Virus record (IMG/VR): IMGVR_UViG_3300036791_001093
Span: 1 to 59,212 of that record
Strand: one strand, 5' to 3'
Length of the DNA: 59,212 bases
Origin: a virus
Lineage: Duplodnaviria; Caudoviricetes
In this document: positions 28,327-37,358 of the stretch, piece after piece
How positions within the stretch are numbered: the first letter of the stretch is position 1
Layout: every line of letters starts with the position of its first letter
The notes under the pieces: generated by a model
Databases searched by the model: none
Told to the model about the DNA's origin: nothing
What the model saw: the letters and a program-made list of their open reading frames with translations, nothing else
Position numbers and translations under genes: made by a program

Positions 28327-30093
28327 CTACACCCGCCGGCCGCTCGTCATCGGGATGAACTCGATCGAGTCGAGGTCCCAGTCCTGGCCCTCGGTCACGA
28401 GGTCGAACGCCATGTAAGTCGTGCGTATACCCTTGCCGATCCGGACCTTGGTCGTCATCAGGTTAGGCTGCGCCTTGAGCTCGTAGACATATTCACGCCC
28501 GTCCCCAGAAAGCAGCTTCAGATAGAATCTCCCGCCGCCGCGGATCGCGACATATGCGCCCTTGATGCCGAATAGCTTCTTCTCGTTAAGCTGAAGATAC
28601 CCACTCATCAGCTCGGAAACGATCGAGGCACCATTGTCAGTATCGCCAACCAGCTCATAGAGCCCGCCGGAGCCAGCCGCGATGTACCGATCGCCCAACA
28701 ATGCAAATGACCTAAAATTATAGTTCATATACTCAGTAACCGCATTGGTCCTGGTATTCACCGCCCAGGCCGTCGTCGTCCCGGAAGGGCTTATATAGAG
28801 CGCAGTAATCGTTACGTCATCAAGCAGCGGGTCACCCTTGTAGAGCATGTTTACCAGCTGGCTCGGGCTCAGCTGGAGGTTCCCTATAATCTTTAAAACC
28901 AACTTGTTGGTGAAAGCCGGATGAACAGTAAGCAGCTGTGCCAAAGCGTTGCTGGTGATGAACTGATGGCCCGGACCAACAGGATGTATATTGAATAGCT
29001 GCGTTAATACCTGAGCGGTGACCCGTGCGAGAATATCCTTAACGATTATCTGGCCAACAAGTCCGAAGTGATACGTGAGCACTGGCGATGATGTTGATGC
29101 CACCAAGAATCTCTGCAGCAGCTTCAAGCCAAACGCACCGAGCTGCGATGGATGCAGGGTGAGGTTCTGCTGCAGCGTCAATGCACGAGTAATGCTGAAC
29201 CCATCAGCAAACTTAAACAACTGCGTCAGCACCGTAGCATACTTTGCCAACACAGACGCGGCGGCATGAACGCTAAACGCTTGCACCAGCGCCCGCCCCC
29301 AGGTGAACTTCTCCAGCGCGGAAAATGCCACCGTCAAATTCTGCACTAGGACCTTAATTACGTTATGACCTGGAACCGGCGAGGGATGAATGAAAATCGG
29401 ATTAGTGGCAACCCAGTGATACCGCGTTATCTCCCCGCTGCTGTGAGATGCAACAACACGATCTCTAAGTATAAACCCAAATTTAGTACTCGTAAGCGTC
29501 GGTGTTAGGCTCAGAATAAAATTCTGCAACGCACTAATATGATAAACATTCGAATGTACCATGGCGCTGCTGCTGGTCATATTTTGCAGCAGGCCAATAT
29601 GAGAAGTACCCGTCGTTGTCATGGCTTCGCTGCTACGAATATTTTGCAGCATGCCCATGACGTGAACACCTGGCGCGTCGCTGGCCCCGACCGCAATCAT
29701 CGAAGCGGCGCCGTCCATCTGACCACGAGCAACCGGCAGCAAAGGTACGAGCATCGACGCGGCGCCATCCATCGCGGCCGTGCCGCTAGCATGAGTCATG
29801 CCGGTGAATGCTACGTGAGCTTGGCCATCCATCTCGGCCATGCCCACGCCCCTGATGGCACCGGCGAAGGCTACCTGAGCCTGACCGTCCATCTGCGCTG
29901 CGCCAGGATGTAGAACGTCGCCAGCGAATGACACCTGGGCCTGGCCATCCATCCGGCCGGCAGCCAGAGGCAACGCCGTTTCCTGGATGACCGCAGTGTT
30001 GGTAACGTAAGTTTTTTGTGATGTCGTCTCAGCGATAATTACCGAGCCAACACCAGCACGCTGCGAGGAGATGGCATAAGTGGTCTTGGCCAC
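28327..30093 (-). CDS. virion/tail structural protein
   Basis: N-terminal MDGQAQV repeats; conserved-looking C-terminus AWAVNT..AVTEY.NYNF.S...GKG...RRV. Confidence 0.75.
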   Translation of the reverse strand: MAKTTYAISSQRAGVGSVIIAETTSQKTYVTNTAVIQETALPLAAGRMDGQAQVSFAGDVLHPGAAQMDGQAQVAFAGAIRGVGMAEMDGQAHVAFTGMTHASGTAAMDGAASMLVPLLPVARGQMDGAASMIAVGASDAPGVHVMGMLQNIRSSEAMTTTGTSHIGLLQNMTSSSAMVHSNVYHISALQNFILSLTPTLTSTKFGFILRDRVVASHSSGEITRYHWVATNPIFIHPSPVPGHNVIKVLVQNLTVAFSALEKFTWGRALVQAFSVHAAASVLAKYATVLTQLFKFADGFSITRALTLQQNLTLHPSQLGAFGLKLLQRFLVASTSSPVLTYHFGLVGQIIVKDILARVTAQVLTQLFNIHPVGPGHQFITSNALAQLLTVHPAFTNKLVLKIIGNLQLSPSQLVNMLYKGDPLLDDVTITALYISPSGTTTAWAVNTRTNAVTEYMNYNFRSFALLGDRYIAAGSGGLYELVGDTDNGASIVSELMSGYLQLNEKKLFGIKGAYVAIRGGGRFYLKLLSGDGREYVYELKAQPNLMTTKVRIGKGIRTTYMAFDLVTEGQDWDLDSIEFIPMTSGRRV

Positions 30094-30097
30094 GGCT

Positions 30098-32185
30098 TTA
30101 CGTCACCGTGATCTGGGGATTGCACCAGGTCATGATCGATGGCTTGCCTAACCGAACGAGGCCGCGCACACGACCAGCAACTTGCGGGGTGAAGGTGACC
30201 TGAAGCTTCTGTGCGTTAGCGGGCACGACGCTTGGTAATCCCGCGGTAAAACCTGACGGTACCGTACCTATAAACGCGCTACTGCCGATATTCAATGTAG
30301 CCTGAGAGTTGCTCGATACTCCATAAAAAAACGCGTAGAGCGAGCCTGTTAGAGAGCTAGTGCTGTATCCTCCGGTCCCCGTTCCTGGATCAGCGGTGCC
30401 GCTTCCGTTCCAGTTTCCACTCGGTGCGACTCGGAACCAAATCAAGGCGTTCGTCATGTCTAACGCCACGCCGATTACATCGGCGTTAGCGCGTGCGCCT
30501 AAACCACTTCCCTGGGTCACGCCGTTGATTACAATGGAGCCGGATTGAGCTAACTTGCCAACTTGTAAAGTTCCGCTTGTCGTCATGTTCGCCGTGGCGG
30601 ATGCAACACCCACCGCATTGCCGCCGGCGCCTGTCCAACTGTTCATCGTGAACTCAAAGTAATATTTTCCTGAGCCATATGAACTGTTGCTCCGAGTTGC
30701 TGCGGTGGCAGCACCTAAGCTGATCGCGGTTAGAAAATTATTGCTGAAGGTGAAAAAAGTACTAACGGCGCCCACTAAATCACTTGGATTCCAGAACGTT
30801 GGTACCAGGCCCCACGTCGCTGTTGATGTCGATAATGCCGATCCTGCTGTCAACACTGTTGCCGGCAGACTGGAGATGAAGCTCGCGACCGACGAACCTG
30901 ACGTGCTCATGTATTCCAGTAGCAGCGAGATATCATCGTTGTTGAGCGAAGCTGAGGACATAACCTCCACTGTGGCGGTGTGCGACGACCCGGTCAGCGT
31001 ATTCTCCACGTCGAGCCAGAAACTGCCCAGCGGGAACGCGAATTTGTCGTTGTTCGCGTTTGAGGCCAGCCTGAGGCTGTAGTTACCGATGTCGTCCTGT
31101 GCGCCGCTTGTCAGGTAGGTGGTGCGATCGGTCGTTATGTCTCCTGCTGCCGTGTGACGTTCGTTAAGGACGTTGGTGCCATCCCAGCAGTTGACTAATT
31201 CAATCTCATCATGGGCTGGCGAGGCTGTATTCGATGCCAAATTAAAGCGCGCGACAGAGCCATTAATTTTACAACTATCAAGCAAAACTTTTGAAAACAC
31301 AGCGGCACCAGCGCTATTAAGCAGGATTCCAGTGATAGCGCTCAAGTCAACACCACGACAAGTTGCAAGCATTCCGTAAGAAGCACTCGAATTAAACAAA
31401 TTACCAGGCAAAGTCCCCCCCACAATAGCCGATGGTGTATTAATCCAAAGCAAATCGAAGGAACCGCCCGAAGCTGTTATGCCCTGACTAGTATTACCGA
31501 ACTGAACAGTGCAATTATCCCAAATAACTTTAGCAACGTTACCCGCTGCAATTCTCGATGCGGAATTAGAACCCAACACAAAAGCACAATATTTGAAATA
31601 AGCCTCCTTAGTACCAGAAGAATTGAAATTGAGATTGCTCCCTGCTGAAAAAGTAACGCCCTGCCAAAACAAATTGCAGTAAGCGTCTATCGTGAGAACA
31701 TTGCCCGGAGTGCTGATCGACGCCCCATTTTGCAAATCAGCCGCAACCGGAGGTACGGAGCCAGCTCGGTTGACCGAGAGAAATTGCTGCAGCCCAAAAG
31801 CCGCCGATCCCGTGTTGGTTGATATGGCAAATGTAGCGTTTATAGAATCGCTGTGATCACTCGACAAAAATACCCGATCACCGACAACGGCACGGGTCCC
31901 TATGTTGGTGATACTGTAAAGCGACCCGGCTGCTGCCGCCCAACCATAGGCTGATTGTCCAGTCACATTGGTAAATGTTGCGCCCCCCGATGTAGAGGTG
32001 CCGTTGTTAGCCGTGTTCCATGATGGCTCGGTGCTGGACGTTCCTGCTGTTATACAACGAAAAACCCACGATGTATTAAACGTAGGCGCAGTCGGTTTTA
32101 CTAAATCCCCAATATTATAAGCATGGCTGGCAACGAAGGCTGCAACGCCAGCGTAGGCTGCAGATGAGACGTACCAGTCTGCCAT
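30098..32185 (-). CDS. tail fibre / receptor-binding protein with SPRY-like domain
   Basis: N-terminal AYNIGDLV..FRCITAGTS..EPSW module; GKYYFEF..DVIGVALDM..IWFR SPRY-like motifs. Confidence 0.75.
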   Translation of the reverse strand: MADWYVSSAAYAGVAAFVASHAYNIGDLVKPTAPTFNTSWVFRCITAGTSSTEPSWNTANNGTSTSGGATFTNVTGQSAYGWAAAAGSLYSITNIGTRAVVGDRVFLSSDHSDSINATFAISTNTGSAAFGLQQFLSVNRAGSVPPVAADLQNGASISTPGNVLTIDAYCNLFWQGVTFSAGSNLNFNSSGTKEAYFKYCAFVLGSNSASRIAAGNVAKVIWDNCTVQFGNTSQGITASGGSFDLLWINTPSAIVGGTLPGNLFNSSASYGMLATCRGVDLSAITGILLNSAGAAVFSKVLLDSCKINGSVARFNLASNTASPAHDEIELVNCWDGTNVLNERHTAAGDITTDRTTYLTSGAQDDIGNYSLRLASNANNDKFAFPLGSFWLDVENTLTGSSHTATVEVMSSASLNNDDISLLLEYMSTSGSSVASFISSLPATVLTAGSALSTSTATWGLVPTFWNPSDLVGAVSTFFTFSNNFLTAISLGAATAATRSNSSYGSGKYYFEFTMNSWTGAGGNAVGVASATANMTTSGTLQVGKLAQSGSIVINGVTQGSGLGARANADVIGVALDMTNALIWFRVAPSGNWNGSGTADPGTGTGGYSTSSLTGSLYAFFYGVSSNSQATLNIGSSAFIGTVPSGFTAGLPSVVPANAQKLQVTFTPQVAGRVRGLVRLGKPSIMTWCNPQITVT

Positions 32186-32186
32186 G

Positions 32187-32621
32187 TCAGCTCTCGGTCA
32201 CCGTCGTACCCACGGTAAGCTGCGGCGCTGTACCGGTCGATACCGCAAGACTTGGCGTGATCGGCCCGCGATAGAGGATTTTCCCGGTTCCCGTCGACAC
32301 CGTACCGAACGCCGCAAAGGTCTCCGTCTCACTGCCACCAGTAGCGGTCGGGAAGACCACCGACGCCGTCAGCGTCACGCTCGACCCTGACACTGTAAAC
32401 CCGGCGGAAGTTCTGGCGACCGCTTGCCTGGCGTAGCTCGTGTAAGCCGCCTCGCTGGTGGTTTGATTGCCGCCCACACCAGGATCGGCAGTGTGGAGCG
32501 ACGCATAGAAATTCGTCAGCGGGCTCGACGCTGCATTGTCCGCGATATTGGCGATCGCGGTCCCGTTAAAAATCAGCTTGAGAAGATCATTGTCGAACGT
32601 ATTTGCCTTCCCGCCGGCCAT
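32187..32621 (-). CDS. phage tail-associated protein
   Basis: LLKLIFN...SLHTADPG...E..Y.SYARQAV.R...FP.ATGG motif family. Confidence 0.8.
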   Translation of the reverse strand: MAGGKANTFDNDLLKLIFNGTAIANIADNAASSPLTNFYASLHTADPGVGGNQTTSEAAYTSYARQAVARTSAGFTVSGSSVTLTASVVFPTATGGSETETFAAFGTVSTGTGKILYRGPITPSLAVSTGTAPQLTVGTTVTES

Positions 32622-32637
32622 CGCGCGCTCCTATCTC

Positions 32638-33204
32638 TTAGGCAGATGCCGCCGTGAAGGTATAAGTCAGCTGCAGAATATCTGAGCTAACCACCGACTT
32701 GGACGAGCCGAACTGCGCGCCCGAGAACAACGTGCCGCTCGTGCCATTGATCGTCGAGGACGAGATCAAGAAGGCACCGTAAACCGTCAAGGATGCGTTG
32801 AACGTGAACGATGCCTGAGTCGCCGAATTGGTAATCGACTGACTCGCAGGAGGAGCGGAGCTCCAGGCTTGCCGTACCCCGGCCGTGTACTGCGTCACCT
32901 CGCCGGAATTCGTCGCGATCGTCGCCGCCGTATCACTCGCCAGAATCGTATAGTTGTTGGAAAACAATGCGATGAACCACGCCGTTGTCACCGCTTGAGC
33001 ACCGAGCGCGGCTCCCAGGAGGTAGTTGAGCCCCTGGTTGACAACGATGTTGTCACACGCGAATTCGTCGATCACCCGCTTGTTCCGGATGATCTTGCCA
33101 AGAAAGCGCCCGCCGCCAATGATCTGTCCAGCTCTGGGCACCAGCAATTGCCGATCAGGAACCAGCAGCTGCACGCGAGGAACCATTGGCGACATTGCGA
33201 GCAT
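32638..33204 (-). CDS. virion structural protein
   Basis: AAGGAG SD; NIVVNQGLNYLL, YGAFL, GTLFS, D.LQLTY. Confidence 0.8.
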   Translation of the reverse strand: MLAMSPMVPRVQLLVPDRQLLVPRAGQIIGGGRFLGKIIRNKRVIDEFACDNIVVNQGLNYLLGAALGAQAVTTAWFIALFSNNYTILASDTAATIATNSGEVTQYTAGVRQAWSSAPPASQSITNSATQASFTFNASLTVYGAFLISSSTINGTSGTLFSGAQFGSSKSVVSSDILQLTYTFTAASA

Positions 33205-33229
33205 TGAAGACACTCCTTAAGGTTGCGTC

Positions 33230-33577
33230 ATGAGCATCTGGCAGAGCGGGACTTTTTACATCGGCGAGACCTGGATCATCTCCGGTCATGTCCGGGATGC
33301 CAACGGCATCATCGTCGACCTCACCGGCGCCACCATACAATTGCGCATCACACTGGGCAATTCGGTGATCTTCGACCTGACCGGCACGATCCTCCAACCG
33401 CCGACCGCGGGCGCCTACCTGTTCGAGATCGCCCCGAATCAGCAAACAGGACTAACCCTAACCACTTACCGGTACGAGGTCCGGTCCACCGTCGCCGACG
33501 GCACTGTCAGCGTTCAGAACGTCGGCGAGATCACAGTCGTCCCCTCCAAATTCGTGAATTTCCCGGTGCCCGCCTGA
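33230..33577 (+). CDS. Ig-like/BppU N-terminal-like small protein
   Basis: GETW, VDLTGATI, YRYEV, G.ITV beta-sandwich pattern. Confidence 0.7.
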   Translation: MSIWQSGTFYIGETWIISGHVRDANGIIVDLTGATIQLRITLGNSVIFDLTGTILQPPTAGAYLFEIAPNQQTGLTLTTYRYEVRSTVADGTVSVQNVGEITVVPSKFVNFPVPA

Positions 33578-33587
33578 AGGAGGCATC

Positions 33588-33866
33588 GTGCCGGACCCAA
33601 ATGACGACAATGATGACGATGACGAACTAAAGCTGCCGGCGCAGCGCCGTGGTTTGAACGATCATGAGACGCTGATGCTGATGCTCACAAGGGTCCGCGA
33701 TCACACCAAGCGCATTCGGACGATCGAGAAGAAGCAGGGCGACATGGACGCGCTGCTGAACAAAGTGCTTGGCGGTGTTGCGATCGTAACCGGCGTTGCT
33801 GTGTTTCTTGGCTGGCTGCTATCCGTGTTCGGCGAACATATCGCGCACATCTTCGGCAGGGGGTGA
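33588..33866 (+). CDS. holin-like membrane protein
   Basis: AAGGAGG SD; coiled coil plus a single C-terminal TM helix; in the block with the endolysin. Confidence 0.55.
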   Translation: MPDPNDDNDDDDELKLPAQRRGLNDHETLMLMLTRVRDHTKRIRTIEKKQGDMDALLNKVLGGVAIVTGVAVFLGWLLSVFGEHIAHIFGRG

Positions 33867-33873
33867 ATGGCGC

Positions 33874-33972
33874 ATGGTAGGAGCGTATCGGGGCTTCTCT
33901 TCTAGTTGTCTTGTACAGCTGTTGATTATCCTCCTCCTGCTGCTTGTACTCCATCTCGTGGGCTGGTTTTGA
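33874..33972 (+). CDS. small membrane peptide (32 aa)
   Basis: MVGAYRGFSSSCLVQLLIILLLLLVLHLVGWF; its stop overlaps the TTG start of the GT2 gene. Confidence 0.45.
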   Translation: MVGAYRGFSSSCLVQLLIILLLLLVLHLVGWF

Positions 33973-35168
33973 ACCCGCTCGATCTTGTCTTTGCTCTAGG
34001 CAGCACCGAGCTGCTGATCTTCCTGTGGCTCTCGGTGCTGCTCGACGTACCGCGGTATCTGCTCGCCGCGATCGTGCTCGGGCTACTCGATCCCGGCGCC
34101 GAGCGCGGCGCACGGGGCGCGGTGACGGTAAGCGGGATCATCGCTTGTCACAACGACAGCCCCACACTGGCTGGCGCCATAGCCTCAATGCAGGCCAATG
34201 GCGTCGACGACATTGTGGTGGTCAATGACAGCTCGACCGACGCCACGCGCGCTGTGGCGGAAGCTGCTGGCGCGATTGTCGTTGACCTGCCCATCCGTAC
34301 TGGCAAGCCACTGGCTATCAACCATGGACTTCCCTACGCGCGCGGCGAAGCCATTCTGATCGGGGACGCCGATACGGTGTTCCTGCCGGGCTCAGTCGCA
34401 GCCGCACTGGCTTACCTGGAGCCTGACATTGGCGGTGTGGGGTTCCGGCTCTTTGTAGAGAACGAATCAGCAACCCTGACCTCCCGGTTCCAGGCGATCG
34501 AGTATGGCGTCACCTTTGCCGTCGGGCGCCGCATGGCCGATCTGTTTGGGCTGCTATCCAATGTGTCGGGCGCGGCGGGCTTGTTCCAGCGGGCGGCGCT
34601 CGACGAGGTCGGTGGGTTGGATTGCGAGGTCGCCGAGGACGCGGCGCTGGCCATGAAGCTTCGGGCCACGGGCTGGGGGCTGCGCTATGCCCACGACGCG
34701 CACGCGCTGACCACGGTGCCCGAAACGCCGGTCGGGCTGTTTTCGCAACGGCTACGCTGGGACGCATCCATCATCACGATCTGGTGGCGCAAATACGGCT
34801 GGATGCTCAATCCGTTCGATAGGCGGTTTACCGCGAGCAATCTTCTTACCAGCCTTGACGTACTGGTGTTCTCGGCGCTGCTGCCGATGATCTGGCTGCC
34901 CTATGTGTCGTGGCTGGCAATGCGGGCTGGCATGGAGGCGCTGACGCTGCTTGGCGCGGTGATGGCGGTTCTGATCGCGATTGATGTTGTCGTGCTATTG
35001 TTGGTGCAGACGCCGCTGCGACTGCTGCCTTACGTGCCATTTTACGCCGTCATGCAGATCGCAGTCATGCGTCCGTTGCGAGTATTTGCAATGGTGGCCG
35101 AGTTGGCATTCAGCATCTCGCACCGCGACGACTACATCCCGGAATCGGAACGGTGGAGGCTTACATGA
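33969..35168 (+). CDS. processive GT2 glycosyltransferase (PgaC/IcaA/HasA/NodC-like polysaccharide synthase)
   Basis: VNDSSTD, GK..AIN, GDAD, Q.IEY, SGAAG, AED, QRLRW; TM helices at both ends. Confidence 0.9.
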   Translation: MNPLDLVFALGSTELLIFLWLSVLLDVPRYLLAAIVLGLLDPGAERGARGAVTVSGIIACHNDSPTLAGAIASMQANGVDDIVVVNDSSTDATRAVAEAAGAIVVDLPIRTGKPLAINHGLPYARGEAILIGDADTVFLPGSVAAALAYLEPDIGGVGFRLFVENESATLTSRFQAIEYGVTFAVGRRMADLFGLLSNVSGAAGLFQRAALDEVGGLDCEVAEDAALAMKLRATGWGLRYAHDAHALTTVPETPVGLFSQRLRWDASIITIWWRKYGWMLNPFDRRFTASNLLTSLDVLVFSALLPMIWLPYVSWLAMRAGMEALTLLGAVMAVLIAIDVVVLLLVQTPLRLLPYVPFYAVMQIAVMRPLRVFAMVAELAFSISHRDDYIPESERWRLT

Positions 35169-36100
35169 ATTTCCGCCGCATCTTTGCGCGCTATGCGTAC
35201 TTCATGGGGCTTCTATCATTCCTGACCTGGATCGGCAACTCGATCGCAGGCGGTTTTGCCTACAGCCAGGCAGACGGGCTGGTGGTTGGCGACTCAGGTG
35301 CGATCTCGCCCGAGTACACGGTGACGGTGCTCGATATACCGGTGCAGAACGGACAAAAGGTCAAGAAGGGTGACATCGTCGCGCGCGTGTCCTCAAGCCG
35401 CGTGGCCGAGCTGACAGCCCGGCTGAGCGCCGACTCTTCCAGCCTCGTGAGCAAAATGGCGGAGATCAGGGCCAGGGCATCGATGATCGACCAGCTTGTA
35501 GGCTCGGCCGAGGAGCGCGACCGCATTCTCACCGATAATCGCAAGGAATTGGAATCCATTCAGGGCAAAGGCTATCTGCCGCTGCTGACGGCTAACGCGG
35601 TGATTGATCAAGTGTTCAAGGGCAAGGAAGAACTTGCGATCCTAATGGCCGAAAAGGATACGATGTCGCGGCAGGTGGCACAAGTCGTCGCCGCTTCGCG
35701 CTTCACCGATCAGGCGCTCGATGACCTCGCCACGCTCTACGACGCGGGTCGGATGAAGGCACCGATGGACGGCTACATCGCGGGCATCAACGCCAGCATC
35801 GGCTCGGTCATGAACCCCGGCGATATCATCGCCGACATGGTGGGTGAACGCGCTTACGTGCTAGCCTATTTCCCAATCTCTCGGCTATACGAGCTGCACG
35901 AGGGCGAACCGATGACAGTCGAGATTGGCATCAGTAAATGGCTGCACGGGACCGTTCGCCAGATCATGCCAATCGCGGCCAAGCTGCCGAAGGAATTTCA
36001 AGGCACGCTCTCGCCTGTTGACAGGCAGCAGCTCGTGCGCATCGACTTCGACGAGGGCGTGCGCCCTCCTCCATTTTTCACTAAAGTCACGGTGCGATGA
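35165..36100 (+). CDS. HlyD-family membrane fusion / periplasmic adaptor protein
   Basis: N-terminal TM, V.NGQKVKKGD lipoyl half-motif, coiled coil, KAPMDG.I..GSV..PGD second half; ATGA-coupled to GT2. Confidence 0.85.
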   Translation: MNFRRIFARYAYFMGLLSFLTWIGNSIAGGFAYSQADGLVVGDSGAISPEYTVTVLDIPVQNGQKVKKGDIVARVSSSRVAELTARLSADSSSLVSKMAEIRARASMIDQLVGSAEERDRILTDNRKELESIQGKGYLPLLTANAVIDQVFKGKEELAILMAEKDTMSRQVAQVVAASRFTDQALDDLATLYDAGRMKAPMDGYIAGINASIGSVMNPGDIIADMVGERAYVLAYFPISRLYELHEGEPMTVEIGISKWLHGTVRQIMPIAAKLPKEFQGTLSPVDRQQLVRIDFDEGVRPPPFFTKVTVR

Positions 36101-36180
36101 GTGAGTATGCGATCTGGATCAGCATAGCTATTACGACATTCGTCGTTATAGCTATTGCTACATATCTCATAGGGAAATAA
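36097..36180 (+). CDS. small membrane peptide (27 aa)
   Basis: ATGA coupling; MSEYAIWISIAITTFVVIAIATYLIGK. Confidence 0.5.
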   Translation: MSEYAIWISIAITTFVVIAIATYLIGK

Positions 36181-36196
36181 CGAGGAGTATCGAACC

Positions 36197-36364
36197 ATGC
36201 CATGGACAATAATTCTTTCGATCTTCACGCGGCTCATGCCGGCTGCACTCCTAGCAGTTGAGACTGTGTCGCAGGACAAAGGAAAGCCAGCCAATGAAGT
36301 GATTGACGACGTAATCGCCCATCTAACGCCGGGACAACCAAACGCTCCATCACTGTCACCATGA
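36197..36364 (+). CDS. small hypothetical protein (55 aa)
   Basis: GAGGAG SD; MPWTIILSIF... Confidence 0.6.
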   Translation: MPWTIILSIFTRLMPAALLAVETVSQDKGKPANEVIDDVIAHLTPGQPNAPSLSP

Positions 36365-36534
36365 GCAATATCTTCGACGAAGTCGCCGTCGCCGAGCGCG
36401 TGACGGTCGCAATGCCCGCGATCCTTGCCGAAGCCAGGACCATAATCGCCGACCTGAAGCTCGTGCTCGATCACGCCGATCGGATCGTGACGATGATCGA
36501 GGCTGCCGTGCAACAGCCAAAGGCAGGAGAATAG
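36361..36534 (+). CDS. small hypothetical protein (57 aa)
   Basis: ATGA coupling; MSNIFDEVAV... Confidence 0.55.
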   Translation: MSNIFDEVAVAERVTVAMPAILAEARTIIADLKLVLDHADRIVTMIEAAVQQPKAGE

Positions 36535-36536
36535 GA

Positions 36537-37358
36537 ATGCCGACGTTTGCAATCAGCAAGGCTGGCTACCGGAATATGTGGGACAAGTGCCAGATATTGC
36601 CTGCCAAGCTTACGGCTGTAAATGCGGCCGCCAAGAAGATCATGGACAAGAAATCAGTCTATGAAGCAGTCGGCATCTGTCCGTGGTTCATGATCGGGGC
36701 GATCCACTACCGGGAAGCCGATTTTGATTTCAATACCTATCTCGGCAATGGCGACCCCCTCAACATATCCACGATTCATGTCCCAAGAGGACATGGTCCG
36801 TTTCCAAATTGGGAGGCCGGAGCAAAGGACGCACTCGAATATGACGGCTTCAATGAAGTCAAATTCGACAGCATCGAGCAGGTCCTTTATTCGCTAGAAG
36901 CTTACAATGGCTGGGGTTACACCAGCAAAGGCGTAAACTCGCCGTATGTGTGGGGCGGGACCAATCTCCAGGAGCCCGGCAAGTATGTGGCCGATGGAAA
37001 GTGGGATGCCAGTGTGATGGATTCGCAGCTTGGCTGTGCCGCGATCATCAAGGCGATCGCCGCGGCTGACACCGAGGTAGCCGAGTTCTGCGGTGCTGGT
37101 GCGCCGCCTGTCGTAGCAGTTACCGTTCCAGCACACATTCCGGCAACCGTCGTGACCACGACGCCAGCAACCGTGCCCGCCCCGATCGAGACACCGATCA
37201 TCGAAGAGGCAATGCTAGCGCTGGCACAGGCCCAGGTGGCGATACGGAACGGCCAACCACCGCACACAGCAATCGCGGCTGGACTGCGGGCGATCGCCGA
37301 TGCGATCGAGGGCAAATCTCTCGTCTCTAGTTCCGGGGAAACCCAGACCCGCGGATGA
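36537..37358 (+). CDS. endolysin, lysozyme-like (COG5526-type)
   Basis: IHYRE..F.TYLGNGDPL, GPF..WE, EAYNGWGY, SPYVWGGT, GKYVADG, QLG. Confidence 0.88.
   Translation: MPTFAISKAGYRNMWDKCQILPAKLTAVNAAAKKIMDKKSVYEAVGICPWFMIGAIHYREADFDFNTYLGNGDPLNISTIHVPRGHGPFPNWEAGAKDALEYDGFNEVKFDSIEQVLYSLEAYNGWGYTSKGVNSPYVWGGTNLQEPGKYVADGKWDASVMDSQLGCAAIIKAIAAADTEVAEFCGAGAPPVVAVTVPAHIPATVVTTTPATVPAPIETPIIEEAMLALAQAQVAIRNGQPPHTAIAAGLRAIADAIEGKSLVSSSGETQTRG

Noticed and set aside
26056-32185. Diversity-generating retroelement acting on tail fibres
   Set aside because: No reverse transcriptase and no TR/VR pair differing at adenines was seen.
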